DNA from: an uncultured archaeon
GTDB taxonomy: Archaea; Micrarchaeota; Micrarchaeia; Micrarchaeales; CABMGC01
Length of the DNA stretch: 32,000 bases
Reading direction: 5' to 3'
Assembly (NCBI GenBank): GCA_963704435.1
Contig: OY969902.1
Span: 450,001 to 482,000 of the forward strand
Positions 16,452 through 25,505 of this stretch are shown piece by piece. Each line of letters begins with the position of its first letter. The first letter of the stretch is position 1. The notes below the pieces were generated by a model, which saw only the letters and a list, made by a program, of their open reading frames with translations, had not been told where the DNA came from and did no database searches. A program made the position numbers and the translations under genes.

Positions 16452-18404
16452 GTGGATCAATTGGAAGAAGCAAAGCAAGAGGAGAAAAACATACTAAACG
16501 CTGTCAAGGAGCTCGTGCCCAAGGAGGCGGGGCTCACGAAGGCGGAGTTCGAGGGCCCTGACGTCGCGGTATACGTCAAGAACGTCGCCGCGATCTACGG
16601 CAACGAGCAGGTCATAAGGAGCATCTCCACAAGCATCAAGAAGAAGCTCATAGTGAGGAGCGACCCGTCTCAGCTCAAGGACCCTGAGGAGACGAAGAGG
16701 AGGATACTCGCGATAGTGCCCCCAGAGGCGGGCATATCCGAGGAGACCATAAGGCTCGTGCCCGAGTTCAGCGAGGTGCAGATAGAGGCGATGAAGCCCG
16801 GCCTGGTGATAGGCAAGGGGGGCTCCACGCTCATAAAGATAGTGCTAGAGACCGGCTGGGTCCCGAAGGTGCTGAGGATACCCACGATGAACAGCGACAT
16901 CATAAAGGGGGTCAGGCAGCTGCTCATAAAGGAATGCGACTTCAGGAAGAGGTTCCTCACCACGATAGGCAAGAAGATAAACAAGCCGATATCCAAGAGC
17001 GAGTGGGTCAAGGCCACGGCGCTCGGAGGGTTCAAGGAGGTCGGGAGGAGCAGCCTGCTCATAGAGACCAACCACTCCAAGATACTGATAGACTGCGGGG
17101 TCAGCCCGGAGCCTTCGATAAAGGGGCTGGAGGCGGTGACCGCGGACGAGAACAAGGCGTTCCCATACCTAGACAGCGCGAACATAACGATAAACGACCT
17201 CGACGCCGTCATACTCACGCACTCGCACATGGACCACATGGGCTTCGTGCCGTACCTGTTCAAGTTCGGCTACGAGGGGCCCGTCTACTGCACCCCGCCG
17301 ACCAGGGACCTGGCCGCGCTGCTGCTCTTCGACTACGTCAAGCTGGTCCAGAGGGGAGGGGGCACGCCGATATACGACGACAAGGACATAAGGAAGATGC
17401 TCACGCACATGATAACCAGGGACTACGGCGAGGTCACGAACGTGACCGACGAGATAAAGCTCACGTACCACAACGCGGGCCACATCCTTGGCAGCTCGGT
17501 CGTGCACCTACACATCGGGGAGGGCATGTACAACATAGTGCACAGCGGCGACCTGAAGTACGGCTTCACGAGGCTGCTCGACCAGGCCGACACCAGGTAC
17601 CCGCGCGTGGATGCGCTCTTCATAGAGAGCACGTACGGCGGGTCGCGCGACGTGATGACGAACAGGCAGTTCGCGGAGATGCAGCTGATGGACCTGATAA
17701 AGAGCACGATAGAGAACAAGGGCAAGGTGCTCATACCTGTGTTCTCCGTGGGAAGGAGCCAGGAGATAATGCTGGTCCTGGAGAGCTTCCTGACCAACAA
17801 TCCCAAGTACAAGATCGACGCTCCGGTGTACCTCGACGGCATGATACTCGAGGCAAGCGCGATCCACACCGCGTACCCCGAATACCTCAAGGCCAGCCTG
17901 CAGCACCGCATACTCAGCAACAACTCCCCGTTCGAGAGCGAGGTGTTCCAGATAGCGAAGGGCGAGAGGGAGGAAATAGTCGAGAGGGGGCCCGCAGTCA
18001 TACTCGCGAGCGGCGGCATGCTGAACGGCGGCACGTCGCTGGAATACTTCAAGGCAATGGCCGAGGATCCGAAGAACGCGCTGGTGTTCGTAGGCTACAA
18101 CAGCGTCAGCTCGCTGGGAAGGAAGATCCAGAACGGGTTCAAGCAGATAGCGCTGCCCGGAGAGAACGGGAAGATGGAGCCGCTGAACATAAACATGCAG
18201 GTGAGGACCGCGGAGGGCTTCTCAGGGCACAGCGACCGGAGGGAGCTGCTGAACTTCACGCAGAGCATAAGGCCGGCGCCGAAGAAGGTGTTCACGATGC
18301 ACGGGGAGGCGCAGAAGTGCGAGGACCTGGCCAGGGCGATAGGGATGAAGTTCCACCTCGAGGCGCGCGCTCCGATGGACCTGGACTCGATAAGGTTCAA
18401 GTAA
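16452..18404 (+). CDS. aCPSF1: aCPSF1/FttA: KH-domain beta-CASP metallo-beta-lactamase ribonuclease (transcription termination/RNA processing)
   Basis: The N-terminal KH region has the GxxG motif LVIGKGGSTLIKI. The MBL motif is AVILTHSHMDHMGFVP. The beta-CASP region and the C-terminal EGFSGHSDRREL...MHGE are also present. Length 650 aa. Apparent GTG start. Confidence 0.93.
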   Translation: MDQLEEAKQEEKNILNAVKELVPKEAGLTKAEFEGPDVAVYVKNVAAIYGNEQVIRSISTSIKKKLIVRSDPSQLKDPEETKRRILAIVPPEAGISEETIRLVPEFSEVQIEAMKPGLVIGKGGSTLIKIVLETGWVPKVLRIPTMNSDIIKGVRQLLIKECDFRKRFLTTIGKKINKPISKSEWVKATALGGFKEVGRSSLLIETNHSKILIDCGVSPEPSIKGLEAVTADENKAFPYLDSANITINDLDAVILTHSHMDHMGFVPYLFKFGYEGPVYCTPPTRDLAALLLFDYVKLVQRGGGTPIYDDKDIRKMLTHMITRDYGEVTNVTDEIKLTYHNAGHILGSSVVHLHIGEGMYNIVHSGDLKYGFTRLLDQADTRYPRVDALFIESTYGGSRDVMTNRQFAEMQLMDLIKSTIENKGKVLIPVFSVGRSQEIMLVLESFLTNNPKYKIDAPVYLDGMILEASAIHTAYPEYLKASLQHRILSNNSPFESEVFQIAKGEREEIVERGPAVILASGGMLNGGTSLEYFKAMAEDPKNALVFVGYNSVSSLGRKIQNGFKQIALPGENGKMEPLNINMQVRTAEGFSGHSDRRELLNFTQSIRPAPKKVFTMHGEAQKCEDLARAIGMKFHLEARAPMDLDSIRFK

Positions 18405-18434
18405 TTTGGAGACCTGGCGCAAGGGAGACAGGCA

Positions 18435-18923
18435 TCACCCGACCCTTTTGAATTCCCTGAGGAGATAGGAGTCGCCTGACTTTTCAATGGTGCATTCGTA
18501 ATATCTAGGATTCTCGTTCGCCATCATCTTTTCTATTATGGCGAAATCGCTGGGTATTACCCTGTCCTTCAGCTTGCCGATCCCATTCAGGTCAACCCAC
18601 TCCAACTCCCCTTCCGTGCCCTCCTTGATCGCGTCGGTCTTTGGGAAGAGTTCGAACAGGAACAGCAGGTAATGATTGATTATCTTGCCGCCCTCCTTCT
18701 CATGCTCCGAGACGATTCCCATGAACCTCTTGACTTCGGACTCGATTCCGGACTCTTCACGGGTCTCCCTGACCGCGGCGGTTGCGGCGTGCTCGTTCTG
18801 CTCTATCTTTCCTCCCGGCATCCCCAGAAGGCCCGTGTAGCTGCCCTTGACCCTCCTTATGAGAAGTATCTTGTTGTCCCTTACCAAAGCCGAAACCGCT
18901 ATCGCGAGTGGACGTTCGCCCAT
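18435..18923 (-). CDS. NUDIX hydrolase
   Basis: Nudix box: GMPGGKIEQNEHAATAAVRETREESGIE. Confidence 0.9.
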   Translation of the reverse strand: MGERPLAIAVSALVRDNKILLIRRVKGSYTGLLGMPGGKIEQNEHAATAAVRETREESGIESEVKRFMGIVSEHEKEGGKIINHYLLFLFELFPKTDAIKEGTEGELEWVDLNGIGKLKDRVIPSDFAIIEKMMANENPRYYECTIEKSGDSYLLREFKRVG

Positions 18924-18927
18924 GATA

Positions 18928-19749
18928 TCAGAACGCTTCCACGCGGGGCCAGCTGAACTGCTCTGGGTTCTCCTCCTCTTCCTCGAGTGCCGCCACGGAG
19001 CTCATCCTCGCGTACACAAGCATGACTATGCTGAGGAATGCGATGCCATTCACCACGAGCAGGTAGTTGGTGCTGCTGTTGAGGTATTCGAACGTCACCG
19101 CAAGGATGACGGCCGAGTTCACGAACCCCCCGATAAGGTGTCCCATCTTCGGTTTCATGACCATGACCAGCCCCCCAATCAGAGTGAGCACAATGAGCGT
19201 AACGTTAACGAGAGAGATCGCGTAGTTGTAGTTAAGCGTGGCGATGAATGAAGGCAGGCCGATCGCCGCGACGTTGCTAGCCAGGAATATGGCCTGCGGG
19301 TACGTGAAATAGCCGAATATGATCCCGTTCGCGATGAAAAGGACCCCAGTCAGTAGTCCGAACACGTTTATCGCTTCCGCCTTCTCTTCTGCCGCCTTAG
19401 GCTTGGCAATTCCTGCCTGCTGTGTGTGAGCCTCAAGGGGCGCATATCCGTACAAGCGCTCGCTCTCCTCGGGTGTGGTCTCCTCCTCTGCTCTTGTTGC
19501 CTCCGTCTGAACCTGCGGTGCCGCTGCCTGCAGCGCAGGGGCGGGCGCCGCTCCGACGGCCTCCACTTCCTCCGGCTGCGGGGAAGGCGGAGCTTGCTGA
19601 GGCTGCGCGACCGCCGCTGGCGTCTCTACTTCAAGAGGCGCTGCGGCTGGTTTGGGTTCAGGCTCGACTGTGGCCGGAGGCTGCGCCTCTGGCTTCGGCT
19701 TTTCCTTGACCGCCTTCTCCTTCTTCGGCTTCGGCTGCATTCCCCGCAT
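18928..19749 (-). CDS. Membrane protein with a ~140-aa Pro/Ala/Glu/Lys-rich disordered N-terminus and about 4 C-terminal TM helices
   Basis: Sequence: MRGMQPKPKKEKAVKEKPKPEAQPPATVEPEPKPAAAP..., then hydrophobic segments, then an acidic tail EEEEENPEQFSWPRVEAF. The start is uncertain (GTG 19794, ATG 19749 or ATG 19740). I recognise no family. Confidence 0.55.
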   Translation of the reverse strand: MRGMQPKPKKEKAVKEKPKPEAQPPATVEPEPKPAAAPLEVETPAAVAQPQQAPPSPQPEEVEAVGAAPAPALQAAAPQVQTEATRAEEETTPEESERLYGYAPLEAHTQQAGIAKPKAAEEKAEAINVFGLLTGVLFIANGIIFGYFTYPQAIFLASNVAAIGLPSFIATLNYNYAISLVNVTLIVLTLIGGLVMVMKPKMGHLIGGFVNSAVILAVTFEYLNSSTNYLLVVNGIAFLSIVMLVYARMSSVAALEEEEENPEQFSWPRVEAF

Positions 19750-19797
19750 CTTGAAAATCAGCAGATTATCGGGGTTGACTGGCACGCAAACCACTGG

Positions 19798-20031
19798 CTA
19801 ATAGAACCTCTTGCCCATCCTCGCAGCCATCTCCTTCTTCTTCTCGAATATTCCCCTGTGCTTCGCGCAGCTTATGCAGTAGTAGACCTTCCTTCGCTCC
19901 ATGAACCTTATGTCGTTGCCAGTATGCAGGTCCGTGGAGAAGCTTATCGCCTTGTTGAACACCACTCCCTTGTTTCTTGGGACTTTCCTTCCGCATGAGT
20001 CGCACGTTACAGAAATCTCTCTTCCTCTCAA
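19798..20031 (-). CDS. rps26e: Ribosomal protein eS26
   Basis: VTCDSCGRKVPRNKGV...RKVYYCISCAKHRGI matches the eS26 pattern CxxCxxxVPxDKA...YCVSCAIH. Apparent TTG start, with no in-frame ATG upstream before a stop. The N-terminus is shorter than usual. Confidence 0.6.
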   Translation of the reverse strand: MRGREISVTCDSCGRKVPRNKGVVFNKAISFSTDLHTGNDIRFMERRKVYYCISCAKHRGIFEKKKEMAARMGKRFY

Positions 20032-20129
20032 TTGAACACCTTGCTGATTTTGCTGTTGCCAATTAGATGTACCGAGAAAGCTTAATATTTATACCTTTTC
20101 TGCGCTTATCCACCGATAGCGGTGTATCG

Positions 20130-20717
20130 ATGAAGTTTCTGGTCCTGAGCAATATCGCGGGAAGCGTTGACGGAGTGGTGGACGTGGTGCAGCAGCGCCA
20201 CAGCGTTGTGGCCAAGGAGTCGTCCATGACGAATGAGGCGATGGCCCGCACCGCGGGCGAGGGACTTGAAAAGGGGCAGTATGACGCTGTCATAGTCATC
20301 GCGAAGGATCCCATAGGGGCAGGCATGATACTCAACAAGCAGGAGGGCGTGGAGGCGGCCGTCTGCAGCTCGGCAGAGGATGTGAGGATGGCGAAGGACA
20401 ACGAGGCGAACGTCATAGTCATAAAGGACATCGGCTCCGACAGGCTGCAAGACATACTCGACCAGATAGCGGGAACTGATGGCGTAGCGCGCAGGCTGAA
20501 GGCGGGAATCAGGATTCCCAAGGCGGAGCCGAAGGCGGCCCAGCGCGCAAGGCAGCCCGAGAGGGAGACGGGGGAGGGGCAGCCGGAGAAAAAGCAGAGG
20601 GACAGGCGCGAAGAGGCGGATGGGGAGCCGACCGAGGAAGAGAAGAAGCTCGCAAGCATAAGCGGAACCAGGAAGGGCATTGCCGGCAAACTCAAGGACG
20701 CCCTAGGGATCCTGTGA
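20130..20717 (+). CDS. RpiB/LacAB-fold-like protein lacking the catalytic Cys, with a charged disordered tail
   Basis: GQYDAVIVIAKDPIGAGMILNKQEGVEAAVCSSAEDVRMAKDNEANVIVIKD parallels the RpiB stretch GILICGTGIGMSIAANK..GIRAALC......AR.HNDANVL.LG, but CGTG is replaced by AKDP. ORF 20067 is trimmed to the ATG at 20130. Confidence 0.45.
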   Translation: MKFLVLSNIAGSVDGVVDVVQQRHSVVAKESSMTNEAMARTAGEGLEKGQYDAVIVIAKDPIGAGMILNKQEGVEAAVCSSAEDVRMAKDNEANVIVIKDIGSDRLQDILDQIAGTDGVARRLKAGIRIPKAEPKAAQRARQPERETGEGQPEKKQRDRREEADGEPTEEEKKLASISGTRKGIAGKLKDALGIL

Positions 20718-20759
20718 GCAATCGGCGCGCATAAATACCTTGTTCGCCAAACTTCCATC

Positions 20760-21092
20760 ATGGACATGGAGTGCAAAAGCATAACGCGGGTGCTGCTGCC
20801 GGCAGTAAGGGCCTCTGTCGCCGAAGTGATGCACAGCCGCTACGATTATACGCAAGAGGAGATAGCCTCCAAGCTCGGCGTTGTGCAGGTCGCGGTGAGC
20901 AAGTACCTGAACGGGAGATACTCCAAGGCCATAGGCGACGCGAAGAGGCGCATCGTGCGTGCGCGGCTCAACGATGGCGTGGTGCGGAGGATACTGAGCG
21001 GGGGAACGAGGGAGGACATAGACAGCGAGATAGATTCTCTCTGCGATAAGCTCTTAAAATTAAACTCACATAGTCAACATCTTACGGATTGA
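20760..21092 (+). CDS. Small HTH transcriptional regulator (XRE-like, COG2522-type)
   Basis: Sequence: ITRVLLPAVRASVAEVMHSRYDYTQEEIASKLGVVQVAVSKYLNGRYS. ATAAATAC at 20731-20738 is centred about 26 nt before the ATG, implying a leaderless mRNA. Confidence 0.55.
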   Translation: MDMECKSITRVLLPAVRASVAEVMHSRYDYTQEEIASKLGVVQVAVSKYLNGRYSKAIGDAKRRIVRARLNDGVVRRILSGGTREDIDSEIDSLCDKLLKLNSHSQHLTD

Positions 21093-21111
21093 TGATATTT
21101 CTATTGAAGAT

Positions 21112-22392
21112 ATGGATGATCGCATGGCAGAAGAACTAAACCCATTCCGAATATCGCAGATGCAGCTCGATGAGGCGGCGGGAATAATGGGCCTTGACAA
21201 GCAGGCGCACGCCATACTCAGGGAGCCGATGAGGACGCTGACCGTAAGCATACCTGTGAAGATGCGCAACGGATCGACGGAAGTGTTCACTGGATTCAGG
21301 GTCCAGTACAATGATGCAAGGGGACCAGGAAAGGGCGGCATAAGGTACCATCCGCAGGAGAACATCGACACAGTCAAGGCGCTTAGCGCCTGGATGACAT
21401 GGAAGACGGCACTGGCGAACATACCCTATGGAGGAGCAAAGGGAGGGATCATCTGCGACCCAAAGAGCATGAACGGCGCTGAGATCGAGGCCCTCTCACG
21501 CGGATACATACGCGCGCTAGGCAGGTTCATAGGGCCGGACAGGGACATACCCGCGCCTGACGTCTACACCACCCCGCAGATAATGGCGTGGATGATGGAC
21601 GAGTACAGCAAGATGGTGGGCCACAACGAGTTCGGCCTGATAACGGGCAAGCCACTCGAGGTCGGAGGATCGGAAGGCAGGGGCGACGCCACTGCCAAGG
21701 GAGGAATGTTCGTCCTGAGGGAAGCCGCGAAAGTAATGAAGATGGACATAAAGAAGATGAAGATAGCGATTCAGGGATTCGGCAACGCTGGAATGTTCGC
21801 CTTCGAGCTCAGTCAGCAGCTGGGAGCGAAGGTCGTCGCGGTCAGCGACTCGAAGGGAGGAATCTACTCGGAGAGCGGGCTGGACTCGAAGAAGCTTGCG
21901 GATGCAAAGCTGAAGACGGGATCGGTGCAGGGCTACGGTGGAGCGGGAGCCCAGAAGATAACGAACGACAAGCTGCTTGAGCTGGGAGTCGACGTGCTCA
22001 TACCTGCCGCCCTTGAGAACCAGATAACGAAGTCTAACGCAGACAGGATAAAGGCCAAGATGGTCCTTGAGCTTGCGAACGGTCCGGTAACCCCCGATGC
22101 TGATTCGATCCTTTTCGAGAAGGGCATCCTGGACCTTCCGGACTTCCTCGTGAACTCGGGCGGCGTGGTCGTCTCATATTTCGAGTGGGTGCAGAACATC
22201 GGCGGCTACTACTGGGACAAGGATGACGTCTATGCGAAGCTCGACAGGATAATGACGAGGTCCTTCAAGAGCGTCACCGACACGCAGAAGGAGTATGCAG
22301 GGAAGGGCAAGAAGATAAGCCCGAGGATGGCCGCATACATAGTGGCGGTAGGCAGAGTCGCTGCCGCGATGAAGATACGCGGATGGTACTGA
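21112..22392 (+). CDS. gdhA: Glutamate dehydrogenase
   Basis: Motifs: GFRVQYNDARGPGKGGIRYHP, ALSAWMTWKTALANIPYGGAKGGIICDP and the Rossmann motif IAIQGFGNAG. Confidence 0.95.
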   Translation: MDDRMAEELNPFRISQMQLDEAAGIMGLDKQAHAILREPMRTLTVSIPVKMRNGSTEVFTGFRVQYNDARGPGKGGIRYHPQENIDTVKALSAWMTWKTALANIPYGGAKGGIICDPKSMNGAEIEALSRGYIRALGRFIGPDRDIPAPDVYTTPQIMAWMMDEYSKMVGHNEFGLITGKPLEVGGSEGRGDATAKGGMFVLREAAKVMKMDIKKMKIAIQGFGNAGMFAFELSQQLGAKVVAVSDSKGGIYSESGLDSKKLADAKLKTGSVQGYGGAGAQKITNDKLLELGVDVLIPAALENQITKSNADRIKAKMVLELANGPVTPDADSILFEKGILDLPDFLVNSGGVVVSYFEWVQNIGGYYWDKDDVYAKLDRIMTRSFKSVTDTQKEYAGKGKKISPRMAAYIVAVGRVAAAMKIRGWY

Positions 22393-22395
22393 TCG

Positions 22396-24126
22396 CTATC
22401 TCTTGAATGACCTGAGCAGGTCCTTCAGCTTCATCGTATTTATCACATCATCCTTCGTCAGCCAGCCCCGCTTCGCCATTCCGATTCCATACCTCATGAA
22501 CTCCAGATGCGACGTCATGTGCGCGTCGCTGCTTACGCAGAACTTGAGCCCGTACTTCTTGGCCCGGATTATGTTCTCGTCGTTGAGGTCCAGCCTGTCG
22601 AATATGGAGTCAATCTCCATCGTCACCTTCGCTTCCTTCGCGGCCTCGAAGACCTGGTCGAGGTCCAGCGCGATGGGCTCCCTCTGATTTATCAGCCGGC
22701 ATGTCGGGTGGCCGAGTATGTCGATGCTTCCGCTTGACAGCGCCTTCATCACCCTTTTCGTCATCGCGTCCTTCGGCATGCCTAGGTTCGTATGGACGCT
22801 CGCAAGCACGTAGTCCATCTGGTCCAGCGTCCTGTCCTTGAGGTCCAGCGTGCCATCCTTCAGTATGTCAACCTCCCCGCTTTTCAGAAGCCTTATCCTG
22901 CCGTCGAGCTTGCTGTTCATCCGGTCTATCTCGTCGAAGTACTTTTCGAATGCCCTGTCGTCCATTCCCCGGGCGACGTACTCGGTCTTCGTGTGGTCAG
23001 ACATGCCCAAGTAAGACCTCTTGAGCCGGATTGCCGCCTCGGCCATCTCCGCTATCGTGCTGGACCCGTCGCTGTGGCTGCTGTGCACGTGGAGGTCTCC
23101 TGCCAGGTCACTCAGTTGCACGAGCCGCGGTAGCTTGTGCTGCCTTGCGAGGTCTATCTCGCCCCTGTTCTCCCTCATCTCAGGCTCCATGCAGTCCATC
23201 CCCAGCTTCTGGTAGATGGCCTCCTCCGATTCGCCCTTGACGAGGTTGCGATTCCTTTTGTCGAATAGGCCGTACTCGTTGAGCTTGTAGCCCTTCCTTA
23301 TAGCTATCTCCCTTAGCCTGATGTTGTGGTCCTTGTTCCCGGTGAAGTACTGCACCGCCGCGCCGAAGCTCTCCCTCTCCACTAGCCTGAAGTCGCAGGT
23401 TATCCCGATCTTCAGCATCACGGTGGTCTTGGTGGGACCCTTCACGACAACGCTTCCGACCTGCGGCATCCGCGTGACGAAGCTCATGACCTTCTCGCCC
23501 TTTCCGGAAACCAGGAGCATGTCGAGATCCCCGACCGTCTCCTTCATCCTCCGCGACGAGCCGCAGATGACGACGCGCTCGACAAGCCCCGATGCGAGCA
23601 GCGCGCCCCTTATGGCCTCCGCCTCCGGCAGGGCCACCCCCAGGAGCATGCGGCCCTTGCTCGACTCGAGCAAGCCGAGCGACTTGGCCATCTCGGACTC
23701 GGTGCGCTCTCCGAACCCCTGAATCTTGCTCACCTTGTGCGCTTCAATGGCCTTCTTCAGGTCGTCGGTGTTCCTGACCCCCAGCGCCTTGTAGAGCTTG
23801 AATACCTTTTTGGGGCCCATGCCCTGCAGCTTGGTGAGGCCTGAGAAGTCTATCGGATACTTCCTCTTCAGCTCATCGTACTTCGACATCCTGCCGGTCT
23901 CTATGTACTCGCGTATCCTGTCGGCCAGCGTCTTGCCGACGCCAGACAGGAGCAGCAGCCCATCGATGCCCTGCTTGCCGTAGATTGCGCCCACGTCCTC
24001 CTGCAGGAGGCCTATCGTCAGCGCGGCCTTCCTGTACGCGAGGACCTCGAACTTCCTCCTGTCGCCCTCTAGCTCCAGCATGTCGGAGATCTCGCCGAAC
24101 ATCTCCGCGATCTTGGTGTTGTACAC
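22396..24126 (-). CDS. Family X DNA polymerase with a C-terminal PHP domain
   Basis: Motifs: N-terminal IAEMFGEISDMLELEG...FEVLAYRKAA, the HhH elements LSGVGKTLADRI and LQGMGPKKVFKL, the catalytic GSSRRMKETVGDLDMLLV, and the PHP motif GDLHVHSSHSDG. CAATATTTAAACGC at 24144-24157 lies about 27 nt upstream of the ATG. Confidence 0.9.
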   Translation of the reverse strand: MYNTKIAEMFGEISDMLELEGDRRKFEVLAYRKAALTIGLLQEDVGAIYGKQGIDGLLLLSGVGKTLADRIREYIETGRMSKYDELKRKYPIDFSGLTKLQGMGPKKVFKLYKALGVRNTDDLKKAIEAHKVSKIQGFGERTESEMAKSLGLLESSKGRMLLGVALPEAEAIRGALLASGLVERVVICGSSRRMKETVGDLDMLLVSGKGEKVMSFVTRMPQVGSVVVKGPTKTTVMLKIGITCDFRLVERESFGAAVQYFTGNKDHNIRLREIAIRKGYKLNEYGLFDKRNRNLVKGESEEAIYQKLGMDCMEPEMRENRGEIDLARQHKLPRLVQLSDLAGDLHVHSSHSDGSSTIAEMAEAAIRLKRSYLGMSDHTKTEYVARGMDDRAFEKYFDEIDRMNSKLDGRIRLLKSGEVDILKDGTLDLKDRTLDQMDYVLASVHTNLGMPKDAMTKRVMKALSSGSIDILGHPTCRLINQREPIALDLDQVFEAAKEAKVTMEIDSIFDRLDLNDENIIRAKKYGLKFCVSSDAHMTSHLEFMRYGIGMAKRGWLTKDDVINTMKLKDLLRSFKR

Positions 24127-24216
24127 GGAATAGAATCGAAGCGCAATATTTAAACGCTATCTGCGCGCGGACGCGAAAGTATTTTAGCCTTGCTTTCTAC
24201 AGATAAGCGTGATGGC

Positions 24217-25248
24217 ATGATGTACGACCAGCCCACGCAGGGACCTGCGCAATTCGATTTCGATTTCTTCAAGCCGAAGATAGCGGTCGTCGGTGTCGGC
24301 GGAGGCGGGAACAACACCGTGCAGAGGCTGAGCACGCTCGATATAAAGGGAGCGAGCCTGTTCGCGTTCAACACTGACGGGAAGCAGCTCGGGATGCTGA
24401 ACTCATCGATAACGAAGCTGATGCTAGGGAAAGACCTGACGCACGGCCTCGGCGCTGGCGGATTCCCAGAAATAGGCGCGAAGAGCGCCGAGATGTCGCG
24501 CAGGGAAATAGAGCTCCTGCTGAAGGACTCTAACCTCGTGTTCGTTACTGCGGGAATGGGAGGCGGCACCGGAACGGGGGCCATGCCTGTAGTTTCGCGG
24601 ATCGCGAAGGACAGCGGCGCCATATGCGTCGGCATAGTGACGCTCCCGTTCTCGCTGGAGCGCGTCAGGCTCGACACCGCGAGGAAGGGCATAGACAAGC
24701 TCAGGCAGGCGGTGGATACGCTCATCGTGATAGACAACCAGAGGCTGGTGACGCTGTTCCCGAACCTGCCAATAGAGCAGACGTTCATGCTGGCGGACGA
24801 GATAACGGCCAAGGCAGTGAGGGGGATAACCGAGACCATAACCCAGCCCAGCCTGATAAACCTCGATTTCGCGGACGTCAGGACGATAATGTCGGGAGGC
24901 GGGCTCGCGATGATAAGCGTGGGCACTGCGCAGGGATCCAACAGGGTTGACGACGCCGTCAAGGCCACCCTGAAGAACAAGCTGCTCGACGTGGACTACT
25001 CGCAGGCGACGGGAGTGCTGATGCACATAATAGGAGGGCCGGACCTCACGCTCGGCGATGCCAACGCCATAGGGACGAAGCTCACCGAGAGCATCTCCGC
25101 GAACGCCAGCGTCACCTGGGGAGCAAGGCTCGACCCGGATTACACGGGCAAGGTAGAGATAATCGCGATATTCACGGGAGTCGGAGGGTCTTCGGTTATC
25201 GGAAAGAAGGACGAGGCGGAAAGCGACTTCGGACTGGGCAGCCTCTAA
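24217..25248 (+). CDS. ftsZ2: Cell division GTPase FtsZ, paralog 2
   Basis: Motifs: KIAVVGVGGGGNNTVQRL, NTDGKQL, GLGAGGFPEIG and GMGGGTGTGAMPVV. ORF 24190 (TTG) is trimmed to the ATG at 24217. Confidence 0.93.
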   Translation: MMYDQPTQGPAQFDFDFFKPKIAVVGVGGGGNNTVQRLSTLDIKGASLFAFNTDGKQLGMLNSSITKLMLGKDLTHGLGAGGFPEIGAKSAEMSRREIELLLKDSNLVFVTAGMGGGTGTGAMPVVSRIAKDSGAICVGIVTLPFSLERVRLDTARKGIDKLRQAVDTLIVIDNQRLVTLFPNLPIEQTFMLADEITAKAVRGITETITQPSLINLDFADVRTIMSGGGLAMISVGTAQGSNRVDDAVKATLKNKLLDVDYSQATGVLMHIIGGPDLTLGDANAIGTKLTESISANASVTWGARLDPDYTGKVEIIAIFTGVGGSSVIGKKDEAESDFGLGSL

Positions 25249-25505
25249 AAGACGCAGTGAGAACGATCAGGGCTTACTAAATTTTCCTGTGCAGGAGAAG
25301 CATTAGCGCCTCATCCGGAGGATTGAGGAGCACCTTGTACGCCTCATGCAGCATGGCTGCCATCACTTCGGAACCTAGTGGCGCAGATGGCTCGCGATTG
25401 CGGCTAAGGCCGACGGTCACGCGCATCGGTGTTTCCTGGCGCATCTTATCAAACTATCTGAATGCGGCCATGTATTAAAACGTTGGCTTTATAGATCGCA
25501 GGCGC

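Noticed and set aside
16934-18451. A 505-aa ORF in an alternative plus-strand frame of aCPSF1
   Set aside because: The translation is an Arg/Gly/Glu/Asp/His/Pro low-complexity string. The aCPSF1 frame carries the KH, MBL and beta-CASP motifs over the same nucleotides.
20063-20782. A 239-aa minus-strand ORF covering the RpiB-like gene
   Set aside because: It is Ser/Ala/Leu/Pro-rich with no motifs. The plus-strand frame has the RpiB-like pattern, a proper TATA box and an SD/ATG context.
21088-21140. A possible C/D-box sRNA (TTGATGA at 21090-21096 and GGATGAT at about 21111-21117) between the HTH gene and gdhA
   Set aside because: No CTGA D or D' boxes occur at suitable spacing, and there is no terminal stem. 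The second element is simply the gdhA start region (ATGGATGAT).
25277-25444. A 55-aa minus-strand ORF (MRQETPMRVTVGLSRNREPSAPLGSEVMAAMLHEAYKVLLNPPDEALMLLLHRKI) in the 257-bp gap downstream of rad50
   Set aside because: It has no recognisable motif. Its Arg codons are mostly CGC, unlike the AGG-rich neighbouring genes, and it has no clear SD or TATA box. It is worth checking against transcript data but is not supportable as a feature.
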